This document shows positions 63,421 through 64,000 of a DNA stretch of 64,000 nucleotides, in pieces. Position 1 is the stretch's first letter. Every line of letters begins with the position of its first letter. Source of the stretch: Haplodiscus bocki (Eukaryota); NCBI GenBank assembly GCA_965655095.1, contig OZ296648.1, positions 110,298,001 through 110,362,000 of the forward strand. Reading direction: 5' to 3'. The position numbers and the translations under genes are program-made. The notes beneath the pieces were generated by a model. The model was not told the origin of the DNA, made no database searches, and saw nothing but the letters and a program-made list of their open reading frames with translations.

Positions 63421-64000
63421 TTGTTAAATGACTTGGACCAACTCTTTTTGATAAAAATTACCACGGATAACTTCGTTTGGTTTTTTGTTGTGTATGTTGG
63501 AGGTCTTCTGCAGGAAATTGCAACATTGTCAAAAAGTTCCTGTGTAAACTGTGGCCTATAACCTTGCCTAAAGGGTACATCATACTTCGAGATGCGAACT
63601 CTGTCTCCATTTTCAAACTTCCGTTTTCTGAAATCTTGATATGTTTGCTGTACAGAAAGGACAAAAAATCGGATTTTTATAAGTTTTATAAGTTCTCTGG
63701 TATCATGTCTATCGAAGAATTTCTTCAACAGTTCAGGGTTGTAACGAATTGAGCCAATTCGTGAATATGCTTGTGTGCATAAACTTCTTTGTAACGGTAA
63801 TATATATTTTTCAGGGATCGTGTTGTACGCTCAGCAAATGCAACCCTGCTCTCAATCATTGTAGACTGAATTTGTATGCCTTCATTCCTCCAGCTTTGCC
63901 TAATTTTTTAAACTCTCCAGCAGTTTCTGTTCCTCATTCGTCCTATGTTTTCTTTGGTCAACTCTTCTCTGTAATCATTGTCAAAATTTCTCGAGCCGTT
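63420..64000 (-). pseudogene. Maverick retroviral-like (DDE) integrase, core and C-terminal part
   Basis: STMIESRVAFAERTTRSLKNIYYRY and KFENGDRVRISKYDVPFRQGYRPQFTQELF. Confidence 0.87.

Larger units (their letters stand above)
59540..64000 (-). mobile_element. Decayed, internally deleted Maverick/Polinton (adintovirus-like) element; continues past the right edge; left boundary approximate
   Basis: Co-oriented remnants of a retroviral-type integrase, minor capsid, small basic protein, major capsid, adenain-like protease and protein-primed PolB. Confidence 0.85.

Overview
Eukaryotic, repeat-rich window, probably from an invertebrate animal (inferred from its element content). The dominant structure is ONE Ty1/Copia (GalEa-like) LTR retrotransposon at 5342-47804 (+). 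It has matching 83-bp TG...CA LTRs, a PBS and a perfect 5-bp target-site duplication (CGAGG). It has been inflated from about 4.7 kb to 42.5 kb because a ~2.2-kb internal pol segment (integrase C-terminal part, RT, most of RNase H) was amplified head-to-tail into 18 diverged units, forming a retrotransposon-derived macrosatellite. All units share the same inactivating lesions, and neighbouring units are mosaics of each other. This element sits antisense inside the presumed 5' leader of an older, decayed Ty3/Gypsy element (-; gag-pol at 1-4705, probable 5' LTR at 48004-48112). Immediately to the right is an intact three-exon TMEM222 gene (-; 48356-57177). Its 7.7-kb first intron holds a decayed CR1/L2-type LINE and tRNA-like SINE relics. 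The right end carries another LINE fragment, a 30-bp minisatellite and a decayed, internally deleted Maverick/Polinton (adintovirus-like) element (-) with integrase, minor capsid, small basic protein, major capsid, adenain N-terminus and pPolB C-terminus. All family calls come from motif recognition by eye; no searches were run.
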